Assembly: GCF_009914755.1 (NCBI RefSeq)
Contig: NC_060930.1
DNA: 64,000 nt
DNA from: the human T2T-CHM13v2.0 reference genome, Homo sapiens
Strand: one strand, 5' to 3'
Shown: piece by piece, positions 15,819 through 29,684 of the stretch
How the letters are laid out: each line of letters begins with the position of its first letter
How positions within the stretch are numbered: position 1 is the stretch's first letter
Translations under genes and position numbers: made by a program
The notes under the pieces: generated by a model
What the model was told of the DNA's origin: nothing
What the model saw: only the letters and a program-made list of their open reading frames with translations
Databases searched by the model: none

Positions 15819-18172
15819 CGTTCAATTTCAGATCACCACAATAAAGCAAAAAATTGCAATTATAAATTTTTTGGTTTCCCAGTACATGTAAAAGTTATAA
15901 TTACACTATACTATAGTCTATTAAGGGTGCAATAGCATTATGTCTGAAAAAAACAATGGTCATGCCTTAATTTAAAAATACTTTATTACTAAAAAATGCT
16001 AGCAATCATCTGAACCTTCAGTGAGTCATAATATTTTTGCTAGTGGAGGGCCTTGCCTGGATGTTGATGGCTGCTGACTGATCAGGATGGTGGTTGCTGA
16101 AGGTTAGGGTGGCTGCAGCAATTTCTTAACATAAGACAACAGTGAAGTTTCCTGCATTGATTGACTCTTCCTTTCATGAAATATTTCTCTATAGCATGTA
16201 ATGCTGTTTGATAGCATTTTACCCACAGTAGAATTTATTTCAGAATTGAAGTCAGTCCTCTTAAACCCTGTCACTTCTTTATTAACTAAGTTCACGCAAT
16301 ATTCTAAATCCTTTGTTGTCATTTCAACAATGTTCACAACATCTTCACCAGGGATAGATTCTGTCTCAAGAAACCACTTTCTTTGTTCATTCGTAAGAAG
16401 CAACCCCTCATCTGTTCAAGTTTTCTCATGAGATTGGAGCAATTCAGTCACATTTTCAGGCTGCATTTTTAATTCTAGTTCTCTTGCTATTTCTACCACA
16501 TCTGCAGTTACTTCCTTCACTGAAGGCTTGAACCCCTCAAAGTCACCCATGAGGGTTGGAATCAACTTCTTCCAAATTCCTGTTAATGTTGATGTTTTGA
16601 CCTCCTCTCATGAATGATGAATGTTTTTAATGACATCTAAAATGGTCAGTCCTTTCCAGAAGGTTTTCAATTTACTTTGCCCCAATCCATCAGAGGAATC
16701 ACTGTCTATGGCAACTGTAGGCTTATAAAAGGTATTTCTTAAATAATATGTCTTGAAAGTCTAAATGACTCCTTGATCCATAAGCTGCAGAATGGGTGTT
16801 GTGTTAGCAAGCATGAAAACAACATTCATCTTGTGCCTCTCCATCTGAGCTCTTCTATGACCAGGTGCCTTGTTGATGAGCAGTAATATTTTGAAAGAAA
16901 TCTTTTTTCCTGAGCAGTGGGTCTCAACAATGGGCTTAAAATGTTCATTAAGCCATGCTGTAAACAGATGTGCTATCATCCAGGCTTTGATGTTCCTTAT
17001 ACAGAGTACAGGCACAGGCAGAGTAGATTTAGTATAATTCTTAAGGGCCCTTGGATTTTCAGAATGGTAAATGAACATTGGTGTGAACTTAAGGTCACCA
17101 GCTGCATTAGCCCCTAACAAGAGAGTCAGCCTGTCCTTTGAAGCTTTGAAGCTAGGCATTGACTTCTCTCTAGCTATGAAAGTCCTAGATGACATCTTCT
17201 GATTTAAGGCTGTTTTGTCTACATTGAAAGTCTATTATTTAGTGTAGCCACCTTCATCAATTATCTTAGTAAGGTCTTCTGGATAACTTGCTGCAGCTTC
17301 TACATCAGCATTTACTGCTTCACCTCGCACTTTTATGTTATGGAGATGGCTTCATTCCTTAAACCTCATGAACCAACGAGCTTCAAACCTTTCTTCTGCA
17401 GCTTCCTCACCTCCCTCAGGCTTCATAGAATTTAATAGAGTTAGGGCTTTGCTATGGATTAGGTTTTTGCTTATGGGAGGATTGTGGCTGGTTTAATCTT
17501 CTATCCAGACTACTACAACTTTCCCCATATCAAAAATAAGGCACTTTCATTTTTTGATCATTTGTTCACTGGAGTGACACTTACTTTTAATTTCCTGAAA
17601 ATTTTCCTTTGCATTTACAATGTAGCTAACTATTCAGTGGAAGAGGGCTAGTTTTTGACATGCCTTCCTCAATATGCTTAATAATTTCTAGTTTTTGATT
17701 TAAAGTGAGACACATGTGACTCTTCCTTTCACTTGAATGCCGAGAGGCCATGCAGGGTTATTAATTAGCCTAATTTCAATATTGTTATTTAAGTTATGGG
17801 GAGGCTTGAGGAGAGGGAGAGAGAGACAGGAGAATGGCCGGTCAGTGGAGCAGTCAGAATACACACAACATATATTGATTAACTTTCCTATCTTATATGA
17901 GCACAGTTCTTGGCACTCCAAAACAATTACAGTACTAACATCAAAGATCACTGATCACAGATCACCATAACTGATATTATAATAATGGAAAGTCTTGAAA
18001 TATTGTGAAAATTACCAAAATGTGACAGATACAACATGAACAAATGCTGTTGGAAGAATGGCACTGATAGATTTGCCCAATGCAGGGTTGCCACAAACTT
18101 TCAACTTGTAAAAAGAGCAGTATCTGTGAAAGACGGTAAAGCAGAAAGCAATAAAATGAAGTGTGCCCATGT
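15819..18172 (-). mobile_element. Near-full-length Tigger1 DNA transposon with decayed transposase
   Basis: ORF 16761-17195 ([33 protein letters not shown]) and ORF 16104-16403 match the Tigger1/pogo transposase. 5' TIR-like end at ~18170; length ~2.35 kb. Confidence 0.9.
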
Positions 18173-18902
18173 ATACTAATAAGACATAGTTCATTTTATT
18201 AATAAAGCACCTGTCAATTTCAGTTGAGTAATTTTTATCAGGAATGGGTTTTGAATTTTGTTCAAGGCTTTTACAGCATCTGTGGGATAACTATGTATTG
18301 TTTCCCTGGATCTATAAATACATACAGGATACTAATGACTTTTCAAATATTGAACCAACTTTGCATTCTTGGAATAAATCTCACTTGATCATGATAAATT
18401 ATGTGGTGCTGAATTCCATTTGCTATTTTTTCCATCTTTTATTTTCAGTCTTCCTGGACATCATATCATTGAAGTTTTTTTTAGTATTCAATCTGAGGAT
18501 CTTTATCTTTTGTTTTTGTAATTTTTTTGTCATTTATAATTATCACAATGACCATAAACAGGATTTATTTTTTGCTATTTATTTCATATCTTACTTTATG
18601 GAATTTTTGTTTTGTTTATTTAAAGTCTCTTTTCCTTCTTTCTTTTTGGTCATTTTGAGTATTCTGCCAGTTTAAAAGTTAAACATTACACTTTTGTTTT
18701 CATAGTGGTTACAGTTAATATGAAGCCTGTAATTATGTGTATTTACCCATAGTAATAAACTTAGCAATGTCTACAGTGCTTTCAAGTCAAGAATTTTTGC
18801 ACATGATTATGTCCATTAATCTCCCTCTTCCCTCAGCCCCTGTGTCATGTTGATATTTTAATTCTGGGCTGTTATGAATACAGTCATTTTCCTTTTTTGA
18901 TC

Positions 18903-19288
18903 TGTTAAATTAAAACTTGGCCTGAGGCTGCCATAGCTTAAATCCCTGAGTAGGGAAGTATAAACTGGTTTAGTAGGTAAACAAACTGAAAGCCTAATTA
19001 AGGAGTATTCTTCGTAACAAACAGCTGAGTGTCAGCCGATCTGAGCAGTGGCCTTCAGCCAATCACAGGCTTCCTGCTGATCAGTCCGCATCCAAATACA
19101 GCAAACACAAAGCTGAAATCATTCACACCCATTCTGCACCTCACTTCCCTTTTCTGTCTATAAACTCTCCCTGCCCACTCCGAGGAGGAGAGTTTTCTGA
19201 ATTGCCACTGGTTTATTGCTGCTGATTCATGAATCGTCCTTCGCTCAATTAAATTGTTTAATTTGTCTAAAAACTTCTTCTTTTGACA
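18903..19288 (+). mobile_element. ERV1 solo LTR (MER57-like)
   Basis: TGTTAAATTAAAACTTGGCCTGAGGCTGCC...CCAAT...TATAAA...TTTGACA. Confidence 0.6.
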
Positions 19289-19880
19289 GGTCCTATAATA
19301 AACTTTACCTAGGTATTCAGTTACCCTTAATTTTTATGTCTTTTGTATAAATATCCTGGATTTGCTGTTTTCTCATTTAAACCTTCCTTTAAGAGTGTTT
19401 TCAACATGTGGCAAAATTTTGGAAATATATGAATGAGAATATTGTTATTATACTTTCACATTTAATGACAATTTGATTGGATAAAACTTTTAGTATTCAA
19501 AGTTCTTTTCTTTTAATATTTTAAAAACATTCTACTGTTTTTCTCTTGTACCATTTTGCTATTGAGGAGTCCACAATCAATCTTACTCTTATTCCTTTGT
19601 AGACAGGATGATGATATAACTTATCATTCAACTAGGACACTTTGGAGCGTGAAGGGGATACTAGTAATAATTACGCTTGTCAGTGGGTGTAACCCAGGAC
19701 TGTCCTGTGTATGTTAAGACACATGGTCCACTTATTTATAGGTGTTCAGTCACCCTGTTTATAAGTGATTAGTTCTTTCTCTCTAGAAGCTTTTAGAATT
19801 TTATTCTTTGTGTTTGATATTTTTAGGTGTTGCTATAATACTTCTAGGTGTGGGCTTTTTGTTTTTTCTACTTGGCCTTC

Positions 19881-20395
19881 TGTGATACTGTGATTTATAA
19901 TAGGAAACATATATTTGGTCTTTCTCCTTTTTCCTGGCATGTAACTCCAAAAACCCACAGAATCTCCAAAGTGATGCATCTATTTGTATGCCAGTGAGAT
20001 GACTGTGGGCTGGGGGCTCCTGGATAGCCTCAGCATTAGAGGGGGTTGCCAGGGTAACCCCTGTGTGATTAGAGGGTTGGAACTTTCAGCTTTAGGCTAC
20101 CCTCAGCCTTGGAGGGGAGAAGGGCTGGAGGTTGAGTCAATCACAATGGCCAGTGATTGAATCAATCATGTCTAGGTAATGAAACCTCCATACAAAAACA
20201 AAAAGGCTGGAATCAGAGAGCTTCTGGGTTGATCAACAAGAATATGTCAATGTACCAGGATAGTAGCACAGCCCAACTCCATGAAGACAAACTTTTCTGC
20301 TCGTGAATTTCCAAACCTCACCCTATGTATCCATTCATCTGGCTGTGCATTTGTATTCTTTAAAATATCCTTTGTAACAAACAGACACTGATAAA
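19881..20395. mobile_element. MER21-type LTR
   Basis: tgtgatactgtgatttataataggaaacatatatttggtc...gggctggaggttgagtcaatcacaatggcc motifs. Confidence 0.6.
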
Positions 20396-20526
20396 TGTTA
20401 AACAGAGTTTATGGGAGGCCACTGTTTTGGACAGCCCTCCTGCACTAGGCCCCAGTAAAGCAGACCAAACCAGAATGGAGCCATTTGTGCTAAGTGCCTT
20501 GGAATCATATGGAACCTTTAAACTTC

Positions 20527-20752
20527 ATCCTTTCTCTCCCTCCTTCTTTCCTTCCTTTCTTCCTTTCTCCCTTCTTCCTTCCTCCTTCCTTTCCTTCCAT
20601 CCCTTCCATCTTTTTCTTCTTTTCTTCCTTCTTTCTTCCACACTTTCTTCCTCCCTCTCTCCCTATCCTCCTTTCTTCCTTCCTTCCTTTCTTCCTCTCT
20701 TTCTGCCTCCTGTCGTTTTCTTCCTTCCTTCTTTCCCCCCCTTCCTTCCATC
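20527..20752. repeat. CT-rich low-complexity tract
   Basis: (CTT/CCTT)-type polypyrimidine run; source of several spurious ORFs. Confidence 0.9.
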
Positions 20753-20831
20753 TTTGTTCCAATAATTCCTGCTCTAATTTCAGTCTCAGGCTCTTTTGTT
20801 GATGTTGAACTTAGAGAATGCACTTATGAGC

Positions 20832-21046
20832 CTTTCCAGTTCATGTGAAACTTTTATTTATTACTGCAAATGTTAAATGCAATTCTATTCTATTCTTTCA
20901 TATTAAGAGCTAAATGCTGTGTCTTCCAAAATGCACAACATGAGACTTTCCAGTTCATGTGAAACTTTTATTTATTACTGCAAATGTTAAATGCAATTCT
21001 ATTCTATTCTTTCATATTAAGAGCTAAATGCTGTGTCTTCCAAAAT
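20832..21046 (+). repeat. Perfect 101-bp direct duplication (period 114)
   Basis: 20832-20932 is identical to 20946-21046; 13-nt spacer. Confidence 0.9.
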
Positions 21047-23406
21047 TCATATTTTGAAAACTAATCTCCAATTCGATAGTATTAGGAGGTGGGGCTTCTG
21101 GGAGGTGATGAGCCCATAAGGGTAGAGCCCATGTGAATGGGATTAGTGCCCTTATAAAAGAGGCTCCGGAGAGCTCCCTTGACCCTTCCACCACGAAAAG
21201 ACAGCCTTCTGCAAACCAGGAAGCAGCCCACACCAGACCCTAGATCTGCTGGCAGTCTTGGATTTCCCAGCCTCCAGAACTATGAGAAGTAGGTGTTTGC
21301 TGCCAAAGCCATTCAGTCTATGGCATTTGTTATGGCAGCCCAAATGGACTGGGACTTTCCACCTGCAGCACATTTTAAATATTTGCAGAGCCTTCGGCAC
21401 TGACAAAAGTCTCTGGGCCTGCAAAGGCAGGAACCCCATCCCTCAGCCTTTTTGAGGGTAGTGCACTGTGCATTTCCACATGCCCATGTCCAGTACTGAT
21501 TTCCCTCTGGGAACTGAGGACATGAAGACTGATAAGCCTTGTTACCTGTCTGAGGTTGGTTAGAGTTCTTAATTGCAAGTAACAGAATCTACTCTGACCA
21601 GTTTCAGCAGCAAAGAGATTCACTAAAGGATCGGAGGTTGCTTCCAAAGTCATGCTGCAGAGTGGGAATAAGTCTTGCTTCCAGGACCAATCCCACCTCC
21701 ATGCTGTGGGACTGAACCTGCCCTCACTGCTGCTGTCCCCCAGTTAATGCCTGGACTTCTGCTGCTGGAAAGAACCACCGCTTCTCCATCACAGAAGCTG
21801 CAGGTAGACCGGCAAAAGGGATGTTCCACAGAGAGCCTGCTTCCTTGTGACACTTCCAAACTGAAGTCTCATTTGGGTGTGTCCTATTGGCCAAGTCCAA
21901 GCCAATGCCCTGCTTTCTAGCTGCAAGGGAAGTGTGTTGGGAGATAGGCTGATAAACAGGAAGTTCAGGAATGTCCTAAAGTAACATATAAAGGTTATTT
22001 AAATTATTATGGTCCATGATTATGACAAGTGTTCATTAAGGAGCTCCCAAAGAGCCTACCATCCAATGGAGGAGAGAGACAAGCATACATTTTCAGTGCG
22101 CCGGGGGCTGATGGGAGACGCACCTGCGCAGTTGTAGCTGGTCTCAGGCAGCTCATGCCAACATCAGAAAATATACACCTCTCTATGAGGTCTTGTGTAA
22201 TTCTGTCTTCTAAATAGAAAGGAAGCCTTTTAAATTTTAAACAAAATTTGCAGAGTTTTCCCTCATATGTTCATACATTTTTCAGACTATTTTTAAAATG
22301 CTGTAAGCTTGCTTTGTTCAACTGAGAGTTGATCTTGTCGACTTAGAGAGATTTCATAGCATTTGTCTAGAAAAAGTAACTGCCTGATTCATTCCCCATC
22401 CCCCAATTGGCTAATGTGCCCTAATTGTTTTTAAGGAGTCACTTTTTGCTCTAAGTAGCAACTTACTTGAAATTTATGCTAATTTATAGTAAAAAATTAT
22501 GACATTATAATTCTTGATTAGAAGTGCTTTTAGAAGAAAGTATAAATGTGGCTGACTTTAAATGAAGGAAAGCGTAAAAACTGGATCTGCTGAACAGTCC
22601 TTATTGCATCTGGATGGCTGTGTGTTCCCTATGGAGTAAGAAGTGCATTGGACACATGGGGAGCCAGAGACACCATCTGCCTGGGGTGGGCCACTAGAGC
22701 CCATGTCCTCCTCTGTGAAGTGGCCCGCCCTGTGCCCTCACTTCATCTCTCCCAGCCAGAATCACAGGCACTGCAATGGCACCCTGTGCCACGCGTGCTG
22801 CATCCAGCTGGGCTGTGTTAACCCTCACCCAACTTGCAAAACTCATGCTTCAGCGATGGTGTTGCTGTTGCAAACTAAGCACATTTAGTCATGCAGAACT
22901 CCTAGGCTTTTTTTGTTTTGTCTTTTTAAGTAAATAACTGTAATCACTAAAAGGTTTGAGGTAGGTGAGTTATTTGAAGGGTATTTAGTTGTACTAGAAA
23001 ACACATACAAAAAGCAAAGTCTGCATTTTGACTTACAAGTGAAGAGGTTTCAGACAAAACCCTTAAGAGCTGCGTTTATATTTTTCACCTCTGCTCATCA
23101 TGTGGAATCTTAAAACATCATCTATCTCCTTAAAGCCCCTCTATAGGAAAAATTAAACACTGACTCGAATAAAGTCAAGAGAATGTTAACTGACAGTTAT
23201 TTGAATGTATACAGTATAAGCCATAATGAGAAAATACATAGCATGCTATTTAGATAGGTTGGATATGATTATTTTTATTTAAAGAGAAAAGTTATCACTC
23301 AAAAAGGGCACAGAATAAAACCTTCACAGGATGATCTTTCAGGACAAGATTAAAAAGTTAAAATATCTAGGTTCTAATAGCACTTGAAATTAAATAGTAA
23401 AAGGCT

Positions 23407-23709
23407 GGCCAGGCATGGTGGCTCACATCTGTAATCCCAATACCGTGGGAGGCCATGGTGGAAGAATTACTTTAGCTAGCCCAGGGGTTCAAGACCAGCC
23501 TGGGGAACATAGTGAGACATGCATCTCTCCAAAAATTTTTTAAATGAGCTGGGCGTGATGGCATGCATCTGTAGTCCCAGTGACTTGGGAGGCTGAGATG
23601 GGAACATTCTTGAGCCCAGGAGTTTGAGGCTGCAGTGAGCTGTGTTTGCGCCACTATGCTCCAGCCTGGGCCACAGAGCAAGACCTTGTCTCGAAAAAAA
23701 AAAAAAAAG
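23407..23709 (+). mobile_element. AluJ
   Basis: Diverged Alu dimer with poly(A). Confidence 0.85.
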
Positions 23710-24709
23710 AGTTAAAAAGGAGAAGGCAGAAATTGATTTGTTTATCCAGAACTCATTGGTGTAGACAGACTAAATGATGAAGAATGGAAGCATTTAGACC
23801 CAATTGCTCTGACGGTAGATTGTCTCGAAGTTCGTGGTAGACTGACCTCCCACCTCCTGTACCTAACAGGACTAGCCTTCTAAGAACTAGCAGCTGCTAG
23901 AAAGCAGAAACTTTACACTGAAAATAAAAACTAACAATTGCATTAAAGTCTACATTGGATAGGTGCTTACATAACACACAGTAAAAGGTAATTTCAAGTG
24001 AATTTAGAACCATTATTACTTGGAACACACATGCTTAGGACATGGATTCTAAAGACAAAAACTGTAAATAAAATTTTGAAATTGTATTTAGTAGTTTCAC
24101 TGTTTGTGTTAATAATGGTATTGTTATTGTGAAACTATATTGTTAAAGCAAGTAAGTAGAGAATATTTATGTGATCAGAAATAATGCTATTCAGTATAAA
24201 AGAGATTCAATTATAAAATCAAGTAAATTAAGTAGAAATACAATACTAGAGTTGAAGTGTAAATATCAATATGAACTTGTGATTTTAAAAAAGACACCTT
24301 TCTAGCACTGACCACTGAAATGGCCAAAAAGCAATGTCCGCCTAATAGCGTAAGTGTGCCAAGAGTCCATCTTTTGGCTACAAACACCACTCCTCATAAA
24401 CGCAGCCAGAACTCCTTGGAGAAATGTCTCTTCCTTCCATGTTGGGGACAAGGAAAAGACAGGGTGAGCAGGAGAATCTTGTACCAGCAAACACGAAAGC
24501 TTTCAGATTGATGGGATTGTATCAAAAGGACACCATTAAAGGGCTCCCAGTGGCCAAAGGTAGGACATTTGAGCGAAAGAGAATAGTATCATAGTTGATA
24601 GAAACCCATTAAATCTATGAAAATTCAGGAGTCTGTTATGCTCAAAACAGAAAACATTCAAAATAATTTATCACTACTGAAATAGCTATTACACCAATTC
24701 CTTCCTTTT

Positions 24710-27085
24710 TAACTTTTAATTTTTATTTTTATAGATTCAGGAGGTACAAGTGCAGTTTTGTGACATGGATATTTTGGATAGTGGTGAAGTCTGGGCTTTC
24801 AGTGAACATATTAGTCGGTTCTGACACTGCTATGAAGATACTACCTGAGACTGGGTAATTTATAAAGGAAAGAGGTTTAATTGACTCACAGTTCTGCATA
24901 GCTGCAGAGACCTCCAGAAACTAACCATCATGGCAGAAGGCAAAAGGGAAGCAGGCACCTTCTTCTCAAGGTGGCAGGAAAAAGCCATCAGATTTTATAA
25001 ATGGAGTTCCCAGTGTCAGTATGTTCATGTGTACCTATTATTTAGCTCCCACATAGAAGTAAGAACATGTGGTATTTGATTTTCTGTTTTGGAGTTATTT
25101 TAGTTATGACAATGGCCTCCAGCTCCATCCATATTGCTGCAAAAGATATGATTTCATTCTTTTTTTATGGCTGCATAGTATTCCATGGTGCACATATACT
25201 ACATTTTCTGAATCCAATCATCTGTTGATGGACACTTAGATTGATTCCAAATTTTGTTACTGCAAATAGTGCTGTGATAAACATATGAGAGCACGTGTCT
25301 TTTTAATGATTTCTTTTCCCTTGGGTAGATACCTAGTAATGGGATTGCTGGATTGAATGGTTCTCTATTTTTAGTTCTTGAGCAATCTCTATCCTGTTTT
25401 TATGAATGTTGTGCTAATTTACATTCCCACCAACAGTGTTTAAGTGTCTTCTTTTCTCTGCATTCTTGCCAACATCTGTTGCTTTTTGACCTTTTAATAA
25501 CAGCTATTCTGACTGATGTGAGATGGTGTATCTCATTGTGGTTTTACTTTGCATTTCTCTGATCAGCGATGTTGAGCATTTTTTCATGTTTTTTGGCCAC
25601 TCGTGTATCTTCTTTTGAAAAATGTCTGTTCATGTCCTTTTCCCATTGTCTGTTTACTCTGTTGCCTATTTCTTTTGCTGTACAGATGTTTCTTGCATTA
25701 TTTAAGTCCCATATATCTATTTTTGGTTTGTTGCATTTGCTTTTGAAGTCTTACTGATAACTTCTTTGCCTAGGCCAATGTCCAGGAGAGTTTTTCCTAG
25801 GTTTTCTTCTAGGATTTTTTTATAGCTTCTGGTCTTACATTTAAGGCTTTAACTCATCTTAAGTTTTGTATATGGTGAGAGCTTTGGGTCTCCAAGTTTT
25901 CCAGCATCATTTATTAAATAGGGTGTCATCATTTCCAAACTTGGCTCTCCAAGTTTTCCAGCATCATTTATTAAATAGGGTGTCATCATTTCCAAACTTG
26001 GCTCTCCAAGTTTTCCAGCATCATTTATTAAATAGGGTGTCCTTTCCCCAGTGTATATTTTTGTTGACTTTGTTGAAGATCAGCTGGTTGTAGGTATGAT
26101 GCTTTCTTTCTGGGTACTTTATTTTGTTCCATTGATTTATGTGTCTATTTTTGTGCCAGTACCATGCTGTTTTGGTTACTATAGCCTTGTAGTATAGTTT
26201 GAAGTCAGGTAGTGTGATGCCTCTAGCTTTGTTCTCTTTGCTTAAGATTGCTGTGGCTATTCAGACTCTCCTTTGGTTCCATATGAATTCTAAGATTTTT
26301 TTTCTAATTCTGTGAAAAATGACATTGGTAATTTGGTAGGCATTGCATTGAATCTGTATCTTGCTTTGGGCAGTATGGTCATTTTAACAATATTTATCTT
26401 CCAATTACAAGCATGGAATGTTTATCCATTTGTTTGTTTCATCTATAATTTCGTCAGTGTTTTGTAGTTCTCCTTATAGAGATCTTTCACCTCCTTGGTT
26501 CAATGGATTCCTAGGTATTTTGTGTATGTGTGTGGCTATTGTAAATGGGATTGCATTCTTGATTTTGTTCTCAGCTTGAATGTTACAGGTGTATAGAAAT
26601 GCTACTGATCTTTGCATGTTGCTTTTGTATCCTGCAACTTTACCAAAGTCATTTATCAAATCTAGGACTCTTTTGGAGGAGTCTTTAGAGATTTCTAGGT
26701 ATAAGATCATGTCATCAGTGAACAGAGATAATTTGACTTCCTTTTTTCCAATTTGGGTGTCATTTCTTTCTCTTTCCTGACTGCTCTGATTAGGACCTGC
26801 AGTACTATGTTGAATAGAAGTGGGAAGAGTGGGCATCTTTGTCTTTAAAGTTTACAGTTTTTAGAGGAAATGCTTTCAACTCTTCCTCATTCACTATGAT
26901 GTTGGCTGTGGGTCTGTCATATATGGCTTTTATTATTCTGAGGTATGTTTCTTTGATGTCTAGTTTGTTGAGTGTTTTTTATCATGAAGGGATACTGGTT
27001 GTTATCAAATGCTTTTTCTTCATCTATTGGATGATCATATGGTTTTTGTTCTTCATTCTGTTTATGTGATGAATCACATCAATTC
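24710..27085 (-). mobile_element. 5'-truncated L1 (L1MA/L1PB-type) ORF2 3' part and 3'UTR, with an MST/THE1 fragment at ~24808-24990
   Basis: ORF 26474-26836 has the RT motif [17 protein letters not shown]...FGKVAGYKSN; typical L1 3' sequence. Confidence 0.85.
25889..26041 (+). repeat. 57-bp unit x ~2.7 tandem repeat inside L1
   Basis: TCTCCAAGTTTTCCAGCATCATTTATTAAATAGGGTGTC occurs three times, separated by ATCATTTCCAAACTTGGC. Confidence 0.9.
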
Positions 27086-28461
27086 CTTATATTTAAAATT
27101 GGGTAGAGAAGAAAAGAACTGAACATTTATCCTGCCTTTTCATTAGGACCCATGTTTGTGTATAAGTGAACAGATTTAGTTAATGGAGTCTACTCTATAG
27201 AAGGTGATCTAATAACTAGAAATGGGAAACCACCATTAAGCTACCCCATGGAATTATTAGTTTAGGTGGGAATTATGTCTTGGCTGAAATACTGTCCTAT
27301 CTACCTCAGATGGATGACTCATTCAGAGAGCCTGAAAGGAAGAAGAAATGCGATTCATCAGGAACATAGGAGAACAGCGAGGTGTCCTGCTTCCTGCTAA
27401 TGTACTAGCTAATGAACGTCTGCTAAACGCATGTCTGTAGGGAAGGCAGATTTTGACCTATGACTTTCATAATAAAGTTGTCAGGGAGTAGCTAATCCTC
27501 ACCAACTTTTCTATGATTTCTGTTATATCTACCAAAAACAAAATAACAGCAAAACCCTGGGAATCCTACGTGACCAGCCCAGTTTAGGTCAGTTCTCAGC
27601 AGCTGCCTGAGGGAAGATCAGGAGGACTGCAGTTTTCTCACTGTGGGTGGCTCCTCTCCACAGACATCTGCAGCCTCTGCCCTCTCCACATTCCCAGGGG
27701 ACACTGACCTGCCAGGGCTGCAGGCAGAGCCAGCTCAGTCTTTGCTGTCTAAATGCAGTCTAGAGTGCACTTCTCTTCTAGACCTTGAAGGAGAAATGAT
27801 TATTTTTGAGCCCATCTAGTGTCTTCTCAGTAATCTGATGCAATTTCAGAGTATCCTCAGGTGTTGCAACAACTTGTACTTTCTTGTTAAGGCTTGTAAA
27901 TTCTCCATATAAATTAATCTAAGAAAACATCTGAGAAATCCAATCCAAAAACGTAAAAACACGAAAGAGTAACTGAACCCAACTTGAAATTCGGAATGGC
28001 AGAAATTCACCATTGCTATGTGGAGTGTGGGAAGAGAGCTGACAAAACTGAGGTATGTCATAGTAAGCCAAGTGCAGTCAGAGGAGAATTATGAAACAAG
28101 AGACCGTTGATTTCTCCACCACTCCCGCATGCGGGCCACTCTCACTGCGCATGCAGCCTGCAGTCATGCTGCCCAGTGCCAGGATTCCCACTGTCTAGGT
28201 TGAGAATGTTTGCTTGTGCAGGAAGTATTTCCCAACTGTCACCTCTGCCCCATGAAGTTATTGTAACAAAGAAAAGCACTGTCTCTGGAGCTGAAACCAA
28301 CATGACACTTTACTGTTGACAACTAGCATGAACTTCATCTTGGAAGTTAGTCATGACTAACATTTGAGTCTCCTAACTTTCTTTATATTTTGTCATTTAA
28401 ATGAAAAATATTTTGAGTTCTTGAGAGTTATTTTGAGAAAGAATGTTATATGGCAGTTTAA

Positions 28462-28817
<356 letters not shown>

Positions 28818-29311
28818 TGAGTTTTCACATTTTACTTATCACCTATGATTACTTTAAATGCCGACTCTCTAATGGTTAATGAATTTCCATTGCCGGCAGT
28901 GTTCTCCACTAACACACATCAAGATACAAAGGCAATGACTTCTGAGATTATACTAAAGAGACCAGATCGGATTTCCAGTTTTTAGGATGAAACATCATGC
29001 ATATTGCTCTCATAGTACAAACCAAACATTTGCCAAATGTGACAATGTATTTCACCTGTCTCTGGAAGGCAAGCTCTGGAAATTCCCAGGATGAAAGAGC
29101 AGCAAGAGCTTGCCCGGGGCCTAGGAATTAGTCTTGCCTGGGAAGTCTTCCACCTCCAAAGTCCAGAAAAAAGCAATTTAAATAACGGGTCCGTCTCCTT
29201 TTATTGCTCATAAGCTGAATTCTGAGGTGTTCTGAGTGCCCCTTTTGCTAACAACAGACATTGGATATGGTAAACTTAAAGCAACCAAGAACCATTAAAA
29301 ACTCTTGTTCT

Positions 29312-29684
<373 letters not shown>

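Noticed and set aside
16104-17195. Possible domesticated TIGD-like transposase gene
   Set aside because: Fragmented by stops and frameshifts within an ordinary Tigger1 copy.
20427-20823. F/L/S/P-rich and K/E/R/G-rich ORFs
   Set aside because: Translations of a CT-rich low-complexity tract.
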